A DNA stretch of 64,000 bases, taken from positions 64,001-128,000 of the forward strand of contig CAWCMR010000010.1 of NCBI GenBank assembly GCA_963796685.1, read 5' to 3'. Shown here piece by piece: positions 51,080 to 61,973 of the stretch. Position 1 is the first letter of the stretch. Every line of letters starts with the position of its first letter. Below the pieces are notes generated by a model. That model ran no database searches. It was not told the DNA's origin and was given only the letters and a program-made list of their open reading frames with translations. The DNA comes from an uncultured delta proteobacterium. GTDB taxonomy: Bacteria; Myxococcota_A; Polyangia; Fen-1088. The position numbers were made by a program, and so were the translations under genes.

Positions 51080-52708
51080 ATGGACACCATCACTCGCAAT
51101 CGCTCTCGCATCCTTTCTTTCACGCGCTGGACGATGGTGCTCCCCGCTCTTCCCTTCGCGGTCTGGGCGTGTGTCTCCCACCCCTTGGCCCAGCCCATCC
51201 CCGACCCGCGCCAAGTGACCGACGCCTACATCACCGTTGCGCCCGTGCGGCACCTGGACCTTCTGTTCATGGTCGACAACTCGCTGTCCATGAAGCCGAA
51301 GCAGGACAAGATGAAGGCGCAGTTTCCCAAGCTCATCGATGCCCTCCGCGACCAGCAGGACCAGACCTTGCCCGACCTGCGCATCGCCATCGTGGACAGC
51401 GACCTCGGGGCCGGGGCTTCTACCCGTTGTTCGACGACCGGCGGCTATGGCGATCACGGCCAGTTTCAGATGCGTGGTGCCAGCGACTGCGGCGCCAAGG
51501 CGGACGCGCGCTGGCTCCAATACACCCAAGGGCAGGCCGTCAACTTCACCGGCGAGCTCAGCACGGTCTTCGGCTGCCTGGCCAGCAACGTGGGCGTGGA
51601 AGGCTGCGGTTACGAGCATCAGCTCGCAGCTCTGGAATGGGCCTTCTATCTTCCCGACAACAAGAGCCAATGGGATTTCCTGCGATCCGAGGCCTATCTC
51701 GGTATCGTGCTCCTGACCGACGAGGACGACTGCTCGGCGCCGCCCGAAAGCAAGATGTTTCAATCAACCAATCCCAACGAATCGGGCAGCCTTCGCTGCG
51801 CCACGCGCGCCCATGCGTGCGACGGCGCGACCTTGACGTACCCGACCACGGCTCCGCTGTCGGTCCCCTACGAATCCTGTCACGCGCGAACCGACGCCAC
51901 CTGCGACGAGTCCCAGGTCGACACCTCCTCGCCGACGAGCTGCAATCCGCTGATGAGTCTCTCGCAACTTGCCGACGAGGTGAAGCAGCTCAAAGGCGGA
52001 GGAGCCGAAGCCGACAGCAAGATTCTGGTTGCGGCCATCTATGGAACACCTCGGGCAGGCGACACCGTCACCAGGCCCTACAAGATCGACCTGACGCCGA
52101 ACCCAGACGCGCCGCCTTCTCCCATCGCCCAAGTCTACGACTACTGGCCGATCTGCTACGACCCGGATTTCATGCCTGCCGGATCGGGTTTCGACAAGAC
52201 GGCGGCCGACCATGGTGCTACCGGCGGACTGCGCATCAAGGCCTTCCTCGACCAATTCAAGCCCGCAAATCGCCTCGACTACAGCATCTGCGAATCCGAT
52301 TTTGGCCCGGCCATGGACGGCATCGGCAAGACTCTCAGGAACATGATGGGCAACCTGTGCGTTCCCTTCAAGCTCGCCGACAGCAGCGATGAACCCGGCG
52401 TGCAGGCCGATTGCAGGGTGGTCTATCGGACTCCGCAAGGCGACGAAAGCCCCGAGTCGCTGCCCCGTTGCGACGCCTCTCGAACACCCGATTGCTGGGA
52501 GGTCAAGCTCGGCAACCCCACCGGCACCGCGGATGAACAGGAGACCGCCAGTCGCTGTCCGGCCAGCGGCTCGGCGCCAAGTCAGATGATCAACATCGTG
52601 CGCAAGCCCGGTACCACGCTCGCGGAAGGGACCAAGGTCGGCATGCAGTGTGTGACGTGCGTTGACCTCGTCCCCGGAATGAAGCCCGGCAAAGGGTGCG
52701 ACTACTGA
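51080..52708 (+). CDS. Cys-rich myxobacterial-type lipoprotein with vWA-like motif
   Basis: VWAC lipobox, LDLLFMVDNSLSM, GCGYEHQL, LTDEDDCS. Confidence 0.8.
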   Translation: MDTITRNRSRILSFTRWTMVLPALPFAVWACVSHPLAQPIPDPRQVTDAYITVAPVRHLDLLFMVDNSLSMKPKQDKMKAQFPKLIDALRDQQDQTLPDLRIAIVDSDLGAGASTRCSTTGGYGDHGQFQMRGASDCGAKADARWLQYTQGQAVNFTGELSTVFGCLASNVGVEGCGYEHQLAALEWAFYLPDNKSQWDFLRSEAYLGIVLLTDEDDCSAPPESKMFQSTNPNESGSLRCATRAHACDGATLTYPTTAPLSVPYESCHARTDATCDESQVDTSSPTSCNPLMSLSQLADEVKQLKGGGAEADSKILVAAIYGTPRAGDTVTRPYKIDLTPNPDAPPSPIAQVYDYWPICYDPDFMPAGSGFDKTAADHGATGGLRIKAFLDQFKPANRLDYSICESDFGPAMDGIGKTLRNMMGNLCVPFKLADSSDEPGVQADCRVVYRTPQGDESPESLPRCDASRTPDCWEVKLGNPTGTADEQETASRCPASGSAPSQMINIVRKPGTTLAEGTKVGMQCVTCVDLVPGMKPGKGCDY

Positions 52709-52897
52709 CGTGCGGACCCAAGCTACCCTCTGTGGTTGTCGATGAGCTCGAACGTCTCGCCGAAGACCAGCGGCCTTGCGTTCGCCAGGAAGTCGTGTGG
52801 AAAGCCGAGGTCGATCCTGCGACAAGCTGCTTTGTCGCCATGGGATTTCGTGTTAACAACGTCCGCTGTCGAAAATTTCACAGCGAACGGAGGGCCC

Positions 52898-53794
52898 ATG
52901 AAGACGTTGCTCGTTCTCGCCATCAGCACCTTGACCCTGACGACTGCGGGCACGGCGCGGGCCGCTGACCTGCCCACCAAGCAGGAAGGTCGGGTCTGGA
53001 TCGACCAGAACTTCCTGCTGGCCTTCTCGCCCAACTGGAGCTTGACCACCATGCCGGGCGGGCGCGTGGAATTCGCGCGCAGCCGCGAGGGCAAGGCCGG
53101 CATGCAACTCTTCGAGCTCTTCTTCGGGCCGAACTACGCGCACAAGTGGGGCAACTTCACCTTCAAGGGATCGCTCTGGTACTACTATATGGGCTACCCA
53201 CAGCGCGGGCGCCTGAAAGAACTGTCGAACGGCAGCCTGGCCTGTTCATCTCCAGCCTCTCTGAGCGACTACTGTACCTCGACGTATAACTTCTCGCACA
53301 ATCTGGAAATTGTCCCGTCGGCGGAATACCGCTGGGGACGCTGGTCCATCTACGATCGGATGATCTTTCACAATACCTTTTACGCCGACGTCTACCCAAC
53401 GGTAACCCCGACTGCGACGACAGCGAGCGTGGCGGATCAGCGTTTGGGCTGGGGCACGGTACTCCGCGAGCTCCTGCAACTCCGATACGCGGTCACGGAT
53501 CGCACCGGTGTCTTCGTGTCCGACGAGGTCTTCTTGGGTGTCATCGAGGACGGTGACACGAGTGGCATCGCGGGCGGCAAGGGCTATACGCCGCTGGGCT
53601 ACTGGAAACGTGGCCTGCGCTACAATCGCACGTACGTTGGCTTCGACTACAAGGTGACGCCAAACTTCAGTATTGCGCCGTCCTACATGATCGAGATCGG
53701 GCTGAGCCCGACCGACTCGACCGACGTCACCGACATCACGCACACGCTCTTCATGGTGGCGACGGTCACCTCCTCTATTTTCGGCAACAAGTAG
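52898..53794 (+). CDS. putative outer-membrane beta-barrel (DUF2490-like)
   Basis: Signal peptide ARA|A, amphipathic strands, SDEVF, NRTYVG. Confidence 0.65.
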   Translation: MKTLLVLAISTLTLTTAGTARAADLPTKQEGRVWIDQNFLLAFSPNWSLTTMPGGRVEFARSREGKAGMQLFELFFGPNYAHKWGNFTFKGSLWYYYMGYPQRGRLKELSNGSLACSSPASLSDYCTSTYNFSHNLEIVPSAEYRWGRWSIYDRMIFHNTFYADVYPTVTPTATTASVADQRLGWGTVLRELLQLRYAVTDRTGVFVSDEVFLGVIEDGDTSGIAGGKGYTPLGYWKRGLRYNRTYVGFDYKVTPNFSIAPSYMIEIGLSPTDSTDVTDITHTLFMVATVTSSIFGNK

Positions 53795-54223
53795 TCAGAG
53801 ATCGAGCAGCTCTTCCCGCGAAAGCACACGCAGGCCCTGCCCAACCAGCCGGGCCCTTGCGCGCTCGAGGTCGTGGGTCTCGACGATGACGACGGCGCGC
53901 TGGTTGGCCACGAAGCCGCTGGTGTTGTCGAGGTTGATGTTGTCCTTGGCCAGGCACTCGGCCACCGCCTGCAAAGCGCCGGGCCGATCCGCGACCTCGA
54001 CCGGAAGGACGTCGAGGAAGCTCGCCGTCACGCCGTCATGCTTGAGTACGTCGTGGGCGCGGTCGGGATCGGTCACCAGGAACTTCATGACCCCGAACGG
54101 ACCGCTGTTGGCGATGGTCACCCAGCGGATGTTGATGCGGGCCTCGGCCAGCAGCCTCGTGATGCGCGCGGTCTGGCCGGGCTTGTTCTCGACGAAAACG
54201 GCAAGCAATCGAACGGTGCTCAT
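53795..54223 (-). CDS. tandem ACT domain protein
   Basis: VFVENKPG, INI, VADRPGAL; next to paaK. Confidence 0.88.
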   Translation of the reverse strand: MSTVRLLAVFVENKPGQTARITRLLAEARINIRWVTIANSGPFGVMKFLVTDPDRAHDVLKHDGVTASFLDVLPVEVADRPGALQAVAECLAKDNINLDNTSGFVANQRAVVIVETHDLERARARLVGQGLRVLSREELLDL

Positions 54224-54238
54224 GGCGGTCCTCGGGGT

Positions 54239-55567
54239 TTAGAGCTTTCGGTTGTCGATCACGCGCTTGGCCTTGCCCTCGCTGATGGGCAGGGTTCCGG
54301 GCGGCACGAGGTCGACTTTGGGTTTGGTCAGGATTTCCGCGCGCAAGAGGCCGGCGATCTCGTTCTGCAAGGCCACCACGTGTTCCAGTTGCCCGTCGAA
54401 GCCGGTTTCGGACAGCTCGACCTTGACGGTCATTTCGTCCAGGCCTTCGAGCACGATGAGGTAATTGCGCCCGAGCTTGGGCACGCCCATGAGGATGCGT
54501 TCGATCTGTTGCGGGTAGATGTTCACCCCGCGCACGATGAGCATGTCGTCGGCGCGGCCGGTGATGCGCTGGATGCGCCGGTGGGTGCGGCCGCAGGCGC
54601 AGGGCTCGTCGACGATGGCGGTGATGTCGCGCGTGCGGTAGCGCAGGATGGGCATGGCCTCGCGCACGAGGGTGGTCAGCACCAGCTCGCCGCGTGCGCC
54701 GGGCGGCAGGTTTTCGCCCGATTCCGGGTCGATGATCTCCATGATGTAGTGGTCTTCCCACAGGTGCATGCCGGCCTGGACCTGACACTCGAAGGCCACG
54801 CCGGGACCGTTCATTTCCGATAGCCCGTAGGAATTGAACACGCGCAGGCCGAGGCCGTCCTCGATCTTGCGCCGGGTTTCTTCTGTGTAGGGCTCGGCCC
54901 CCACGAAGGCGCGCTCGAGCGACAGATCCTTGCGCGGATCGATGCCCCGCTTTTCCAGAATGTCCGCGAAGTAGAGCGCGAAGCTGGGCGTGAGGTGAAT
55001 GCTGGTGGTGTGAAAATCTTGCATCAGGAGGAGCTGGCGCTCGCTGTTGCCCGGTCCCGCGGGGATCACCAGGCAGCCGATCTTTTCGGCGCCGTAGTGG
55101 GCCACCAGCGCGCCGGTAAAGAGGCCGTAGGTCATCATGTTCTGGAAGATGTCCCGTCGGGTCATGCCGGTGGCCACGAAGCTGCGCGCGATGAGCTCGG
55201 CGGCGTTGTCCACGTCCTGGCGGGAGAAGAAGAGGGCCTTGGGTTTTCCGGTGGTCCCGCTCGACGTGTGCAGGCGCAGGGTTTCGTCGAGCGGCACGGC
55301 CAACATGCCGGTGGGGTAGGAGTCGCGCAGATCCGCGCCCGTGGTGAAGGGCAAGCGGCGCAGATCGGCCAAGCTGCGAATGCTCTCCGACCCGATCTTC
55401 GCTTGCTCGAGCTTCCCGCGATAGAGCGGCACCTTCTCGCCAACGCGCGCGACGGTGCGTTTCAGACGTTCGAGCTGAAGCGCCTCCAGCGCCGGCCGCG
55501 CAAGGGTTTCTTGCTCGGGCTTCCAATAGACGCGGTCGGTGGTTGCGGCAGACCTCGAGGGGCACAT
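54239..55567 (-). CDS. paaK: phenylacetate--CoA ligase family protein
   Basis: SSGTTGKP, YGLFTG, GAEP, YGLSE, RYRTRD, GRADDMLIVRGVNIYP. Confidence 0.9.
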   Translation of the reverse strand: MCPSRSAATTDRVYWKPEQETLARPALEALQLERLKRTVARVGEKVPLYRGKLEQAKIGSESIRSLADLRRLPFTTGADLRDSYPTGMLAVPLDETLRLHTSSGTTGKPKALFFSRQDVDNAAELIARSFVATGMTRRDIFQNMMTYGLFTGALVAHYGAEKIGCLVIPAGPGNSERQLLLMQDFHTTSIHLTPSFALYFADILEKRGIDPRKDLSLERAFVGAEPYTEETRRKIEDGLGLRVFNSYGLSEMNGPGVAFECQVQAGMHLWEDHYIMEIIDPESGENLPPGARGELVLTTLVREAMPILRYRTRDITAIVDEPCACGRTHRRIQRITGRADDMLIVRGVNIYPQQIERILMGVPKLGRNYLIVLEGLDEMTVKVELSETGFDGQLEHVVALQNEIAGLLRAEILTKPKVDLVPPGTLPISEGKAKRVIDNRKL

Positions 55568-55602
55568 GGCAACGCCATCTTGCCAGAAAATAGGGACGAC
55601 TG

Positions 55603-55618
55603 TGCTTGTTTACAAGCA
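55603..55618. promoter_or_regulatory. palindromic operator candidate between divergent paaK and MFS
   Basis: TGCTTGT-TT-ACAAGCA perfect 7-bp inverted repeat. Confidence 0.5.
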
Positions 55619-55662
55619 GGCCTTGCTTTAGCGTAGCCGTACCTTTTTTCACGGAGAGTGCC

Positions 55663-56931
55663 ATGGCCCAAGAGATCCCCGGTTCCATCAAGAACAGAGG
55701 TTGGACGGTCACCTTGGTCGCGCTGTCGATCAACTTGGTTTTGGGCGTGCTCTACGCCTGGGGGGTGATGGCCAAGGCGCTGGTGGTGCAGTGGCACTGG
55801 AGCAAAGCCGATGCCGCTCTACCCTTCACGGTGGCGACCGGGGCCTTCGCCATCACGATGATCTTCGCCGGGCGGCTGCAAGACAAGGTCGGGCCGCGCC
55901 TCATCGCCGCGCTCGGCGGCATCGTGCTCGGGCTCGGCTTGGCCGCGTCGTCCTACGCGCAGTCGCCAGCGTTGATGCTGGTCACCTTCGGGATCGTCGG
56001 CGGCATCGGCATCGGCATCGGCTACTCTGCCACCACGCCACCCGCCATCAAGTGGTTCCCGCCCGGCAAGAAGGGGCTCATCACCGGCATCGTGGTCAGC
56101 GGCGTGGGACTGGCCGCGGTCTACATCTCGCCGCTCACGCAATTTCTGTTGAGGGCGGTCGGCATCCAGCAAAGCTTCATCTATCTCGGCGTTGGCGCCA
56201 TCGTCACCGTCGCGCTGCTCGCGCAGTTTCTACGCAACCCGCCTGTGGGCTATGTGCCCGCCGCGGTGCCTGCCTGCACCCCTGCGGCCAAGGCCGCCGC
56301 GGCCTCTCGCCCAAGCCTCGATTGGAACGAGATGCTGCGCACCTCGCAATTCTATCGTCTTTGGTTGATGTTCATTCTGGCGGCTTCCGCCGGGCTGATG
56401 ATCATCGCTCACGTGGCCATCATCGCCAAAGAGCAGGCGCGCTGGGAATGGGGTTTCGTGCCCGTGGTGCTGCTCGCCATCTTCAACAGCGCCGGGCGCG
56501 TGGCCAGCGGCATCGTGTCGGATCGCATCGGCCGCACCCAGACCATGGTCCTGGCCTTCGTCCTGCAAGCCGGCAACATGTTCGCGTTCTCGCACTACAC
56601 CAGCTCGGCGCTGCTGGTGTTCGGCTCGGCCTTCACCGGCCTTTGCTACGGCACCATCTTCACGCTCATGCCGGCGGCCACCGCCGACTTCTACGGGGTC
56701 AAGAACCTGGGCGTGAACTACGGCTTCGTCTTCACCGGGTTCGGCGTGGCCGGCGTGTTCGGGCCCTTGCTGGGCGGCAAGATCCGCGACATGACCGGGA
56801 CCTATTCGACGTCGTACACCCTCTCGGCCGTCATGCTCCTGGCAGGCGCGGCCTTGGCCTTCACCACGCGCGCGCCCGACTCGGCCCCGGTCAGCGCGCC
56901 CGCGGGCAGCCCCGAGCACGCGTCTTCCTAG
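55663..56931 (+). CDS. OFA (oxalate/formate antiporter) family MFS transporter
   Basis: LGVLYAW, GRLQDK.GPR, KWFP..KGL..G, SDRIGR, DFYG.KN.G.NYG. Confidence 0.9.
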   Translation: MAQEIPGSIKNRGWTVTLVALSINLVLGVLYAWGVMAKALVVQWHWSKADAALPFTVATGAFAITMIFAGRLQDKVGPRLIAALGGIVLGLGLAASSYAQSPALMLVTFGIVGGIGIGIGYSATTPPAIKWFPPGKKGLITGIVVSGVGLAAVYISPLTQFLLRAVGIQQSFIYLGVGAIVTVALLAQFLRNPPVGYVPAAVPACTPAAKAAAASRPSLDWNEMLRTSQFYRLWLMFILAASAGLMIIAHVAIIAKEQARWEWGFVPVVLLAIFNSAGRVASGIVSDRIGRTQTMVLAFVLQAGNMFAFSHYTSSALLVFGSAFTGLCYGTIFTLMPAATADFYGVKNLGVNYGFVFTGFGVAGVFGPLLGGKIRDMTGTYSTSYTLSAVMLLAGAALAFTTRAPDSAPVSAPAGSPEHASS

Positions 56932-56977
56932 CCGGGAACTTCGGCCTAGCGTTCGTTCTTCCCCGGTCCAGGCAACC

Positions 56978-58282
56978 TTACGGGACGCTGATTTCCCGCA
57001 CGCTGCCCTTCTTGAAGACCAGTCCTTCGGTGCCGACGTTGTCGCTGCGGAAATAGACGGTGATGTTGGGCTTGCCGCTCTCCGAGCCGGCGCGCGTGGG
57101 CGCCTTGGTCAGAGCCATGGCCGGGTCGATGCCGGCCGCGCACGGCGTGGCGCCGAGGCCGAAGTCCTTGCCATAGTCGACGTGCTCGTTGAGCTTGCGC
57201 CAGGTGCCGCCGCCGGCACCGTCGGTCTCGTCGATCCACAACTCCTGCTTCACGCCACCGTCGGCCAGGTCGTAGACCGCGTGCTTGTAGCCGATCCACT
57301 GGTTGGTGGGCAGGGTGCCCGTGCTCCAGTAGGGCTTGTCCAAGATTGCGGTCGAGTCGGTGTGCTTGGTTTCCTTCTCGAAGTCGATGTGGCCGTCGCA
57401 GCGCATGCGCGCATTGATGCCGCGGGTGTCGCACAGGTCGACGGTTTCTTGGCCGGTGGTGCCGTGGTTGGTGCGGGCCAGGGCCGCCATGCCGGCATAG
57501 GCGGCCGAGCAGGTGAAGGCGGGCGACCGCATGAAGTACATGGTGATCTCGACGTCGCGCCACTGATCTTGCTTGGCCGGGTCGTGCACGTACATGCGCG
57601 GGACGCTGCCCGAGATCTTGAGCGTACCGGCTCCGTCCGTGGCGTAGGAGGCGTTGCCGTGGTCGGCGTCGAACCAGGGATCGTTCGGATCGATGCCGGT
57701 GAAGCTGCGCGCCGCGCCGTTGTCCCACGACGACAGCCACGTCTTGCCGCCGGCGAGCGAGGGGTAGAGCTGCGTGATGCCGAAGCAATCGGTGCCCGCC
57801 GCGGTGTCGCCGCCGGCGCCTGTCTTGCCACCTGTGCCGGTGCCACCGACGCCACCTGTGCCGGTGCCACCGACGCCACCTGTGCCTGCGCCACCGACGC
57901 CACCTGTGCCGGCGCCACCGACGCCACCTGTGCCTGCGCCACCGACGCCACCTGCGCCTGCGGTGCTCGTGGCGCCGCCGCTAGCGATGCCACCCTCTCC
58001 GCCCCTGCCACCACTGGCGCTCACGCCGCCCACACCGCCGGTGCCGGTTGCGTTCGAGCCGCCGTTTCCGCCACCGCCCGTGCCCCCTGTCGAACCTCCC
58101 GATCCCGTCCGCCCGCCCGTCGCGATGACTCCACCGGAGCCCGCTTCCTGGGTCGTGCCGCCAGCGCCGCCAGAGCCGGCCCTTCCGGTGCTGGATCCGC
58201 ATGAGCTGGCCGCGGCGAGATACCCAGCCGCGAGCGTTGCAGCGACCACGGTGCGCCATCGGGGACGGAGACGCCGCGACAT
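56978..58282 (-). CDS. lipoprotein with Gly/Thr tandem linker and putative carbohydrate-active beta domain
   Basis: AASSC lipobox, GGVGG(A/T)GT x5, [21 protein letters not shown]. Confidence 0.7.
   Translation of the reverse strand: MSRRLRPRWRTVVAATLAAGYLAAASSCGSSTGRAGSGGAGGTTQEAGSGGVIATGGRTGSGGSTGGTGGGGNGGSNATGTGGVGGVSASGGRGGEGGIASGGATSTAGAGGVGGAGTGGVGGAGTGGVGGAGTGGVGGTGTGGVGGTGTGGKTGAGGDTAAGTDCFGITQLYPSLAGGKTWLSSWDNGAARSFTGIDPNDPWFDADHGNASYATDGAGTLKISGSVPRMYVHDPAKQDQWRDVEITMYFMRSPAFTCSAAYAGMAALARTNHGTTGQETVDLCDTRGINARMRCDGHIDFEKETKHTDSTAILDKPYWSTGTLPTNQWIGYKHAVYDLADGGVKQELWIDETDGAGGGTWRKLNEHVDYGKDFGLGATPCAAGIDPAMALTKAPTRAGSESGKPNITVYFRSDNVGTEGLVFKKGSVREISVP
57827..57960. repeat. ~5 x 24-bp coding tandem repeat
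   Basis: gccacctgtgcc(g/t)g(t/c)gccaccgac units. Confidence 0.85.
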
Positions 58283-58426
58283 CGTCCCATGGTACCGCGA
58301 ATCGCTCGCGAAACGGCGAGAGACGTCGCCAGAGTGTTCGTTTTTCCCCGCTCCAGGTGAAAAGTCGTCAAGAGCCGCCGGACGCGCCAGTGCGAAACGG
58401 CCGCGCGCAATGCCCGTGCGTGCCGA

Positions 58427-58442
58427 AGGCACCTGGCCTGCT
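58427..58442 (+). promoter_or_regulatory. possible sigma54 promoter
   Basis: AGGCACCTGGCCTGCT (GG-N10-GC) about 40 bp before ATG 58482. Confidence 0.45.
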
Positions 58443-58481
58443 TTCTGCACAGTGCGGATCCGTCTGTCACTGGAGACCGCA

Positions 58482-59532
58482 ATGGGCACCACCGAGCTTC
58501 CTCGTCTTGAAAGCGTCCGGCCGACTCGCTCGGCAGCCAGCCCGCTCGTCTTCCTTGCCCTGTTGGTCGCGACCTGTGTGCTGCGCTTTCCCGCCCTAGT
58601 CAGCCATCCGTTCAACATCGACGAGTCCTACTACTCGGCCGGAGCGGCCGAGCTGGTGGCGGGCGGGACCTTCTTCCGCGACGTGGTGGATCACAAGCCG
58701 CCGGGCATCTACCTCGTCTATGCGCTCATCTATCGCGTGGCCGGCGTCTTCAATGTGCGACGCGGTGCACGTGGTGCTGATCTTGGTCACGACCCTGACC
58801 GCGTACCTGGTGGGATTGGTTGGGCAAGCATTCTTCGCCGAGCGCACGGGGCGGTGGGCGGGCATGCTCTATGCGGTCGCCAGCGTGATTGGGCCGGCCA
58901 ACGATTTCCAGGCCGCCAATTCCGAGCTGTTCATGAGCTTGCCGCTGGTGGCCGCCCTCTGGTTGGCCGCCCGCCTCTGGGTGCGAGGACATGCGGCGCA
59001 CTGGGAGAGCTTTGCCCTGGGCTTGCTCGTCGGGATCGCCGTTCTCATCCGCCCGCAGGCGGCGCTCGCCCTGATCCCCATCGGGGTCGTGGTGGTCCGA
59101 CGCAAGGTGAACGTCCCGGCGGTGGCCGTCGCCTTCCTCGGTGCGATGCTGCCGCTGCTGGCGACCGTCGCTTGGCTGTGGCGCGCGGATGCCCTCGCGG
59201 ATGCGGCGACGAGCCTGGCCTACGCCCGCTACTACACGAACAGCTTGCCCTTCGAAGTGAAGCTGGCTAACGGGACGCTCAAGACGCTGTTCTTTCTGGC
59301 CATCAATGTGGGGTTGGTCCTTCCCGTGGCGGCATTTCTGGTTCGTGGTCGGCGTGGTGATGTCGTCTGGCGACGTGGGGCAGGCTGCTTGCTTGCGAGT
59401 TGGCTGCTTGCCAGCTTCATGGCCGTCGGCATGGGCGGGCGCTTCTATCCTCACTACTTCATCCAGGTCCTGCCGCCGCTGGCCATCATCGCCGCACGAC
59501 AGCTGACGCTCTGGCGTGGGGCAACGGCGTGA
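58482..59532 (+). CDS. GT39/ArnT-like membrane glycosyltransferase, frameshift near 58755
   Basis: [29 protein letters not shown] across two frames. Confidence 0.75.
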
Positions 59533-60053
59533 TGCGCAGCCAACTTCTGCTGGCGAAAGTCGCGATCCTTCTCGTCGCGCTCGGTGCCGTCACCTCGGTG
59601 GCGATTGCCTTGGCGGATCGCCAGGTCTGGCCACGTTCGGCTTGGCACGAAGAGCGCTATCGGGCCGTCGCCGCATACATGCGCGAGCGCACGCAACCGG
59701 ATGCGCGCGTGTTCGTGTGGGGCAATTCGCCTGAGATCTACCTCTTTGCGCGGCGCCGAATGGCGTCTCGATACATGTCGGTAAACTATCAAACTGGGCA
59801 CGTCTGGGGCACGAGCGCCAACGACCTCGGCGGCACTCCTGATCGCAAGAACGTACCCGCCGAGACCTGGGACAAGCTGATGGCCGACTTGCAACGCAAC
59901 CTGCCCGAATTCATCGCCGACGCTGCCGCCGGCAAGCTCGACAAGATGGACGACGAGCCGCTGACCCGCCATCCGCGGATGGCTGCATTCGTGGCCGCGC
60001 ACTACCGGCTCGCAGCCACCGTGCTGGGCGTTCCGCTCTACCGGCGGAGGTGA
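59532..60053 (+). CDS. extracytoplasmic GT-C accessory domain (possibly the split C-terminus of the previous gene)
   Basis: One TM, then VFVWGNSPEIYLFARR..SRY, DL..NLPEFI. Confidence 0.65.
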   Translation: MRSQLLLAKVAILLVALGAVTSVAIALADRQVWPRSAWHEERYRAVAAYMRERTQPDARVFVWGNSPEIYLFARRRMASRYMSVNYQTGHVWGTSANDLGGTPDRKNVPAETWDKLMADLQRNLPEFIADAAAGKLDKMDDEPLTRHPRMAAFVAAHYRLAATVLGVPLYRRR

Positions 60054-60412
60054 AGGCGAGCTACGGCAACGGATCCCCCTGCAGGGCGGCACGTTTGCCC
60101 TCCTCAGTGCGGATTCCGCCGGTTGGCGTCCAACAGGGCCCGCCAGGCGTCACGTCGCGTTGTATTGCCTGCACCAGGGAGACTCACCGAGCGATGGTTA
60201 AGGAAATCGTCGTGGGATGCGGGTAGAGTACCCGCCAAAATGGAAATCCGAAGGAAAACGCGCGGTCGGCCAACCCGAGGCAACTCATGGCTGCTCGCGG
60301 CGTCTGGCCGGACGGGAAGGGGTAACACCTTTTTCGTTACGCGGTGTTGATCGCGAAAGCCAGTGGGTACATATAAGGGCGGGCAACGACCGACAACAGG
60401 AAGCAATCGGAG

Positions 60413-61543
60413 ATGAAGAAACCCCTACGTGGCGCCATCGTTGGATATGGGTTCATCATGGAGAAGGGCCATATCGCCGCCTACGGCGAGCGCGCAGAGC
60501 GGGCGCGGGTCGAGAGCCGGGTGCCCGATGTCGAGATCGTCGCCGTGGCCGATGTGTGCCGCGAGCGTCGCGACATGGCCGCCAAGCGCTTTCCCGGAAT
60601 TCGCACCTACTCCGACTTCCTCGAGCTGCTCGACGCCGAGGCCGGCAACCTGGACTTCGTCGACATCGCCACGCCTCCCGCCAAGCACGCGGCAGTGGCC
60701 CGCGCCGCGCTCGGACGTGGTTTGCACGTTCTGTGCGAAAAGCCCCTCGCCACCAGCATCGCCGATGCGCGCGACATGCTCGACAGCGCCTTGGCCGCCA
60801 AGCGCGTGCTCTATCCCTGTCACAACTACAAGCACGCTCCGGTGATTCGCAACGTGCGCCGGATCATCGAGTCGGGCGCCATCGGCCGGGTCCACCTCGT
60901 GACCTTGCAAACCTTCCGCAACACCCACGCCCGCGGCGTCGGCGAATGGCGTCCGGACTGGCGCCGCGAACGCCGTCACTCGGGTGGCGGCATCGCCATG
61001 GATCACGGCAGCCACACCTTCTATCTCGCCTTCGAGTGGATGCGCGCCTATCCCACGGCCATCTCGGCGCGCATGTCCAACATGAGCACCTTCGACACCG
61101 AGGACGACTTCTCGTGCAGTCTGAAGTTTCCCACCGGGGTGGCGTCGGCCCACCTGAGCTGGCAAGCCGGCGTGCGCAAGGTCCTCTACACCATCCACGG
61201 CGACCACGGCGCGATTCGGGTGGAGGACGATCACATCGAGGTGGCGCGCAACCGGGCGGGGCGCGTGGTCGGAGCGGCCAACGTGGACTGGCAGTTCGAG
61301 CGCCACGAGATCCCTTCGGACTGGATGGACTCCAGCCACGCCACCTGGTTCAACACCCTCTTCGACGGCTTCAAGAAGGCCATCGCGGAAGGACAATGGG
61401 TGGGCAAGGAGGCCGAGGAATCCTTCCTTTGCATCCAGCTCATCCAAACCGCCTATGCGTCGGCGCAGCAGGGATCGCGCGAGCTGCTCTTGCCCGAGCT
61501 GGTCTTGGACGAGCAAGTGGCGCTCGTCTCGTCGCGAGACTAG
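60413..61543 (+). CDS. Gfo/Idh/MocA family oxidoreductase
   Basis: IVGYGFI, IATPP..H, HVLCEKP, GGGIAMDHGSH. Confidence 0.92.
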   Translation: MKKPLRGAIVGYGFIMEKGHIAAYGERAERARVESRVPDVEIVAVADVCRERRDMAAKRFPGIRTYSDFLELLDAEAGNLDFVDIATPPAKHAAVARAALGRGLHVLCEKPLATSIADARDMLDSALAAKRVLYPCHNYKHAPVIRNVRRIIESGAIGRVHLVTLQTFRNTHARGVGEWRPDWRRERRHSGGGIAMDHGSHTFYLAFEWMRAYPTAISARMSNMSTFDTEDDFSCSLKFPTGVASAHLSWQAGVRKVLYTIHGDHGAIRVEDDHIEVARNRAGRVVGAANVDWQFERHEIPSDWMDSSHATWFNTLFDGFKKAIAEGQWVGKEAEESFLCIQLIQTAYASAQQGSRELLLPELVLDEQVALVSSRD

Positions 61544-61547
61544 CATC

Positions 61548-61973
61548 GTGCCTCGCGGCGCGTTTTCTTGGCTGGGCCAGTGGGTTCGCCACCATGTGGT
61601 GTCGCTGATCGCCACCGGGGTCGACTTCGCCACCATGATCGGGCTGGTCGAGCTGTTTCGCTTTTCGCCGGTCATGGGCACGGTCGCGGGTGCGGCGGCA
61701 GGCGGCGTCACCAGCTTCACGCTGGGAAGGCATTACACCTACCGTTCGCGAACCGATCCCGTTTCCGGTCAGGCCTTTCGCTACAGCCTGGTCTCGGGTG
61801 CGAGCCTGGGGCTCAACGCGCTCGGGGAGTACCTGATTCTCTCCCTGCTACCCACGCACTACGTCCTAGGACGAGCCTTGGTCGCCACCACCGTCAACAA
61901 CGCGTGGAACTACCCCATGCATCGTGGATATGTCTTCGTTCAGCGCAAGCCCGCCAAGGAGAACCCAGCGTGA
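61548..61973 (+). CDS. GtrA family membrane protein
   Basis: IATGVDF, four TM helices, WNYPMHRGYVF. Confidence 0.8.
   Translation: MPRGAFSWLGQWVRHHVVSLIATGVDFATMIGLVELFRFSPVMGTVAGAAAGGVTSFTLGRHYTYRSRTDPVSGQAFRYSLVSGASLGLNALGEYLILSLLPTHYVLGRALVATTVNNAWNYPMHRGYVFVQRKPAKENPA

Noticed and set aside
57827-57960. Non-coding or mobile tandem repeat
   Set aside because: In-frame 24-bp units encoding an ordinary Gly/Thr lipoprotein linker
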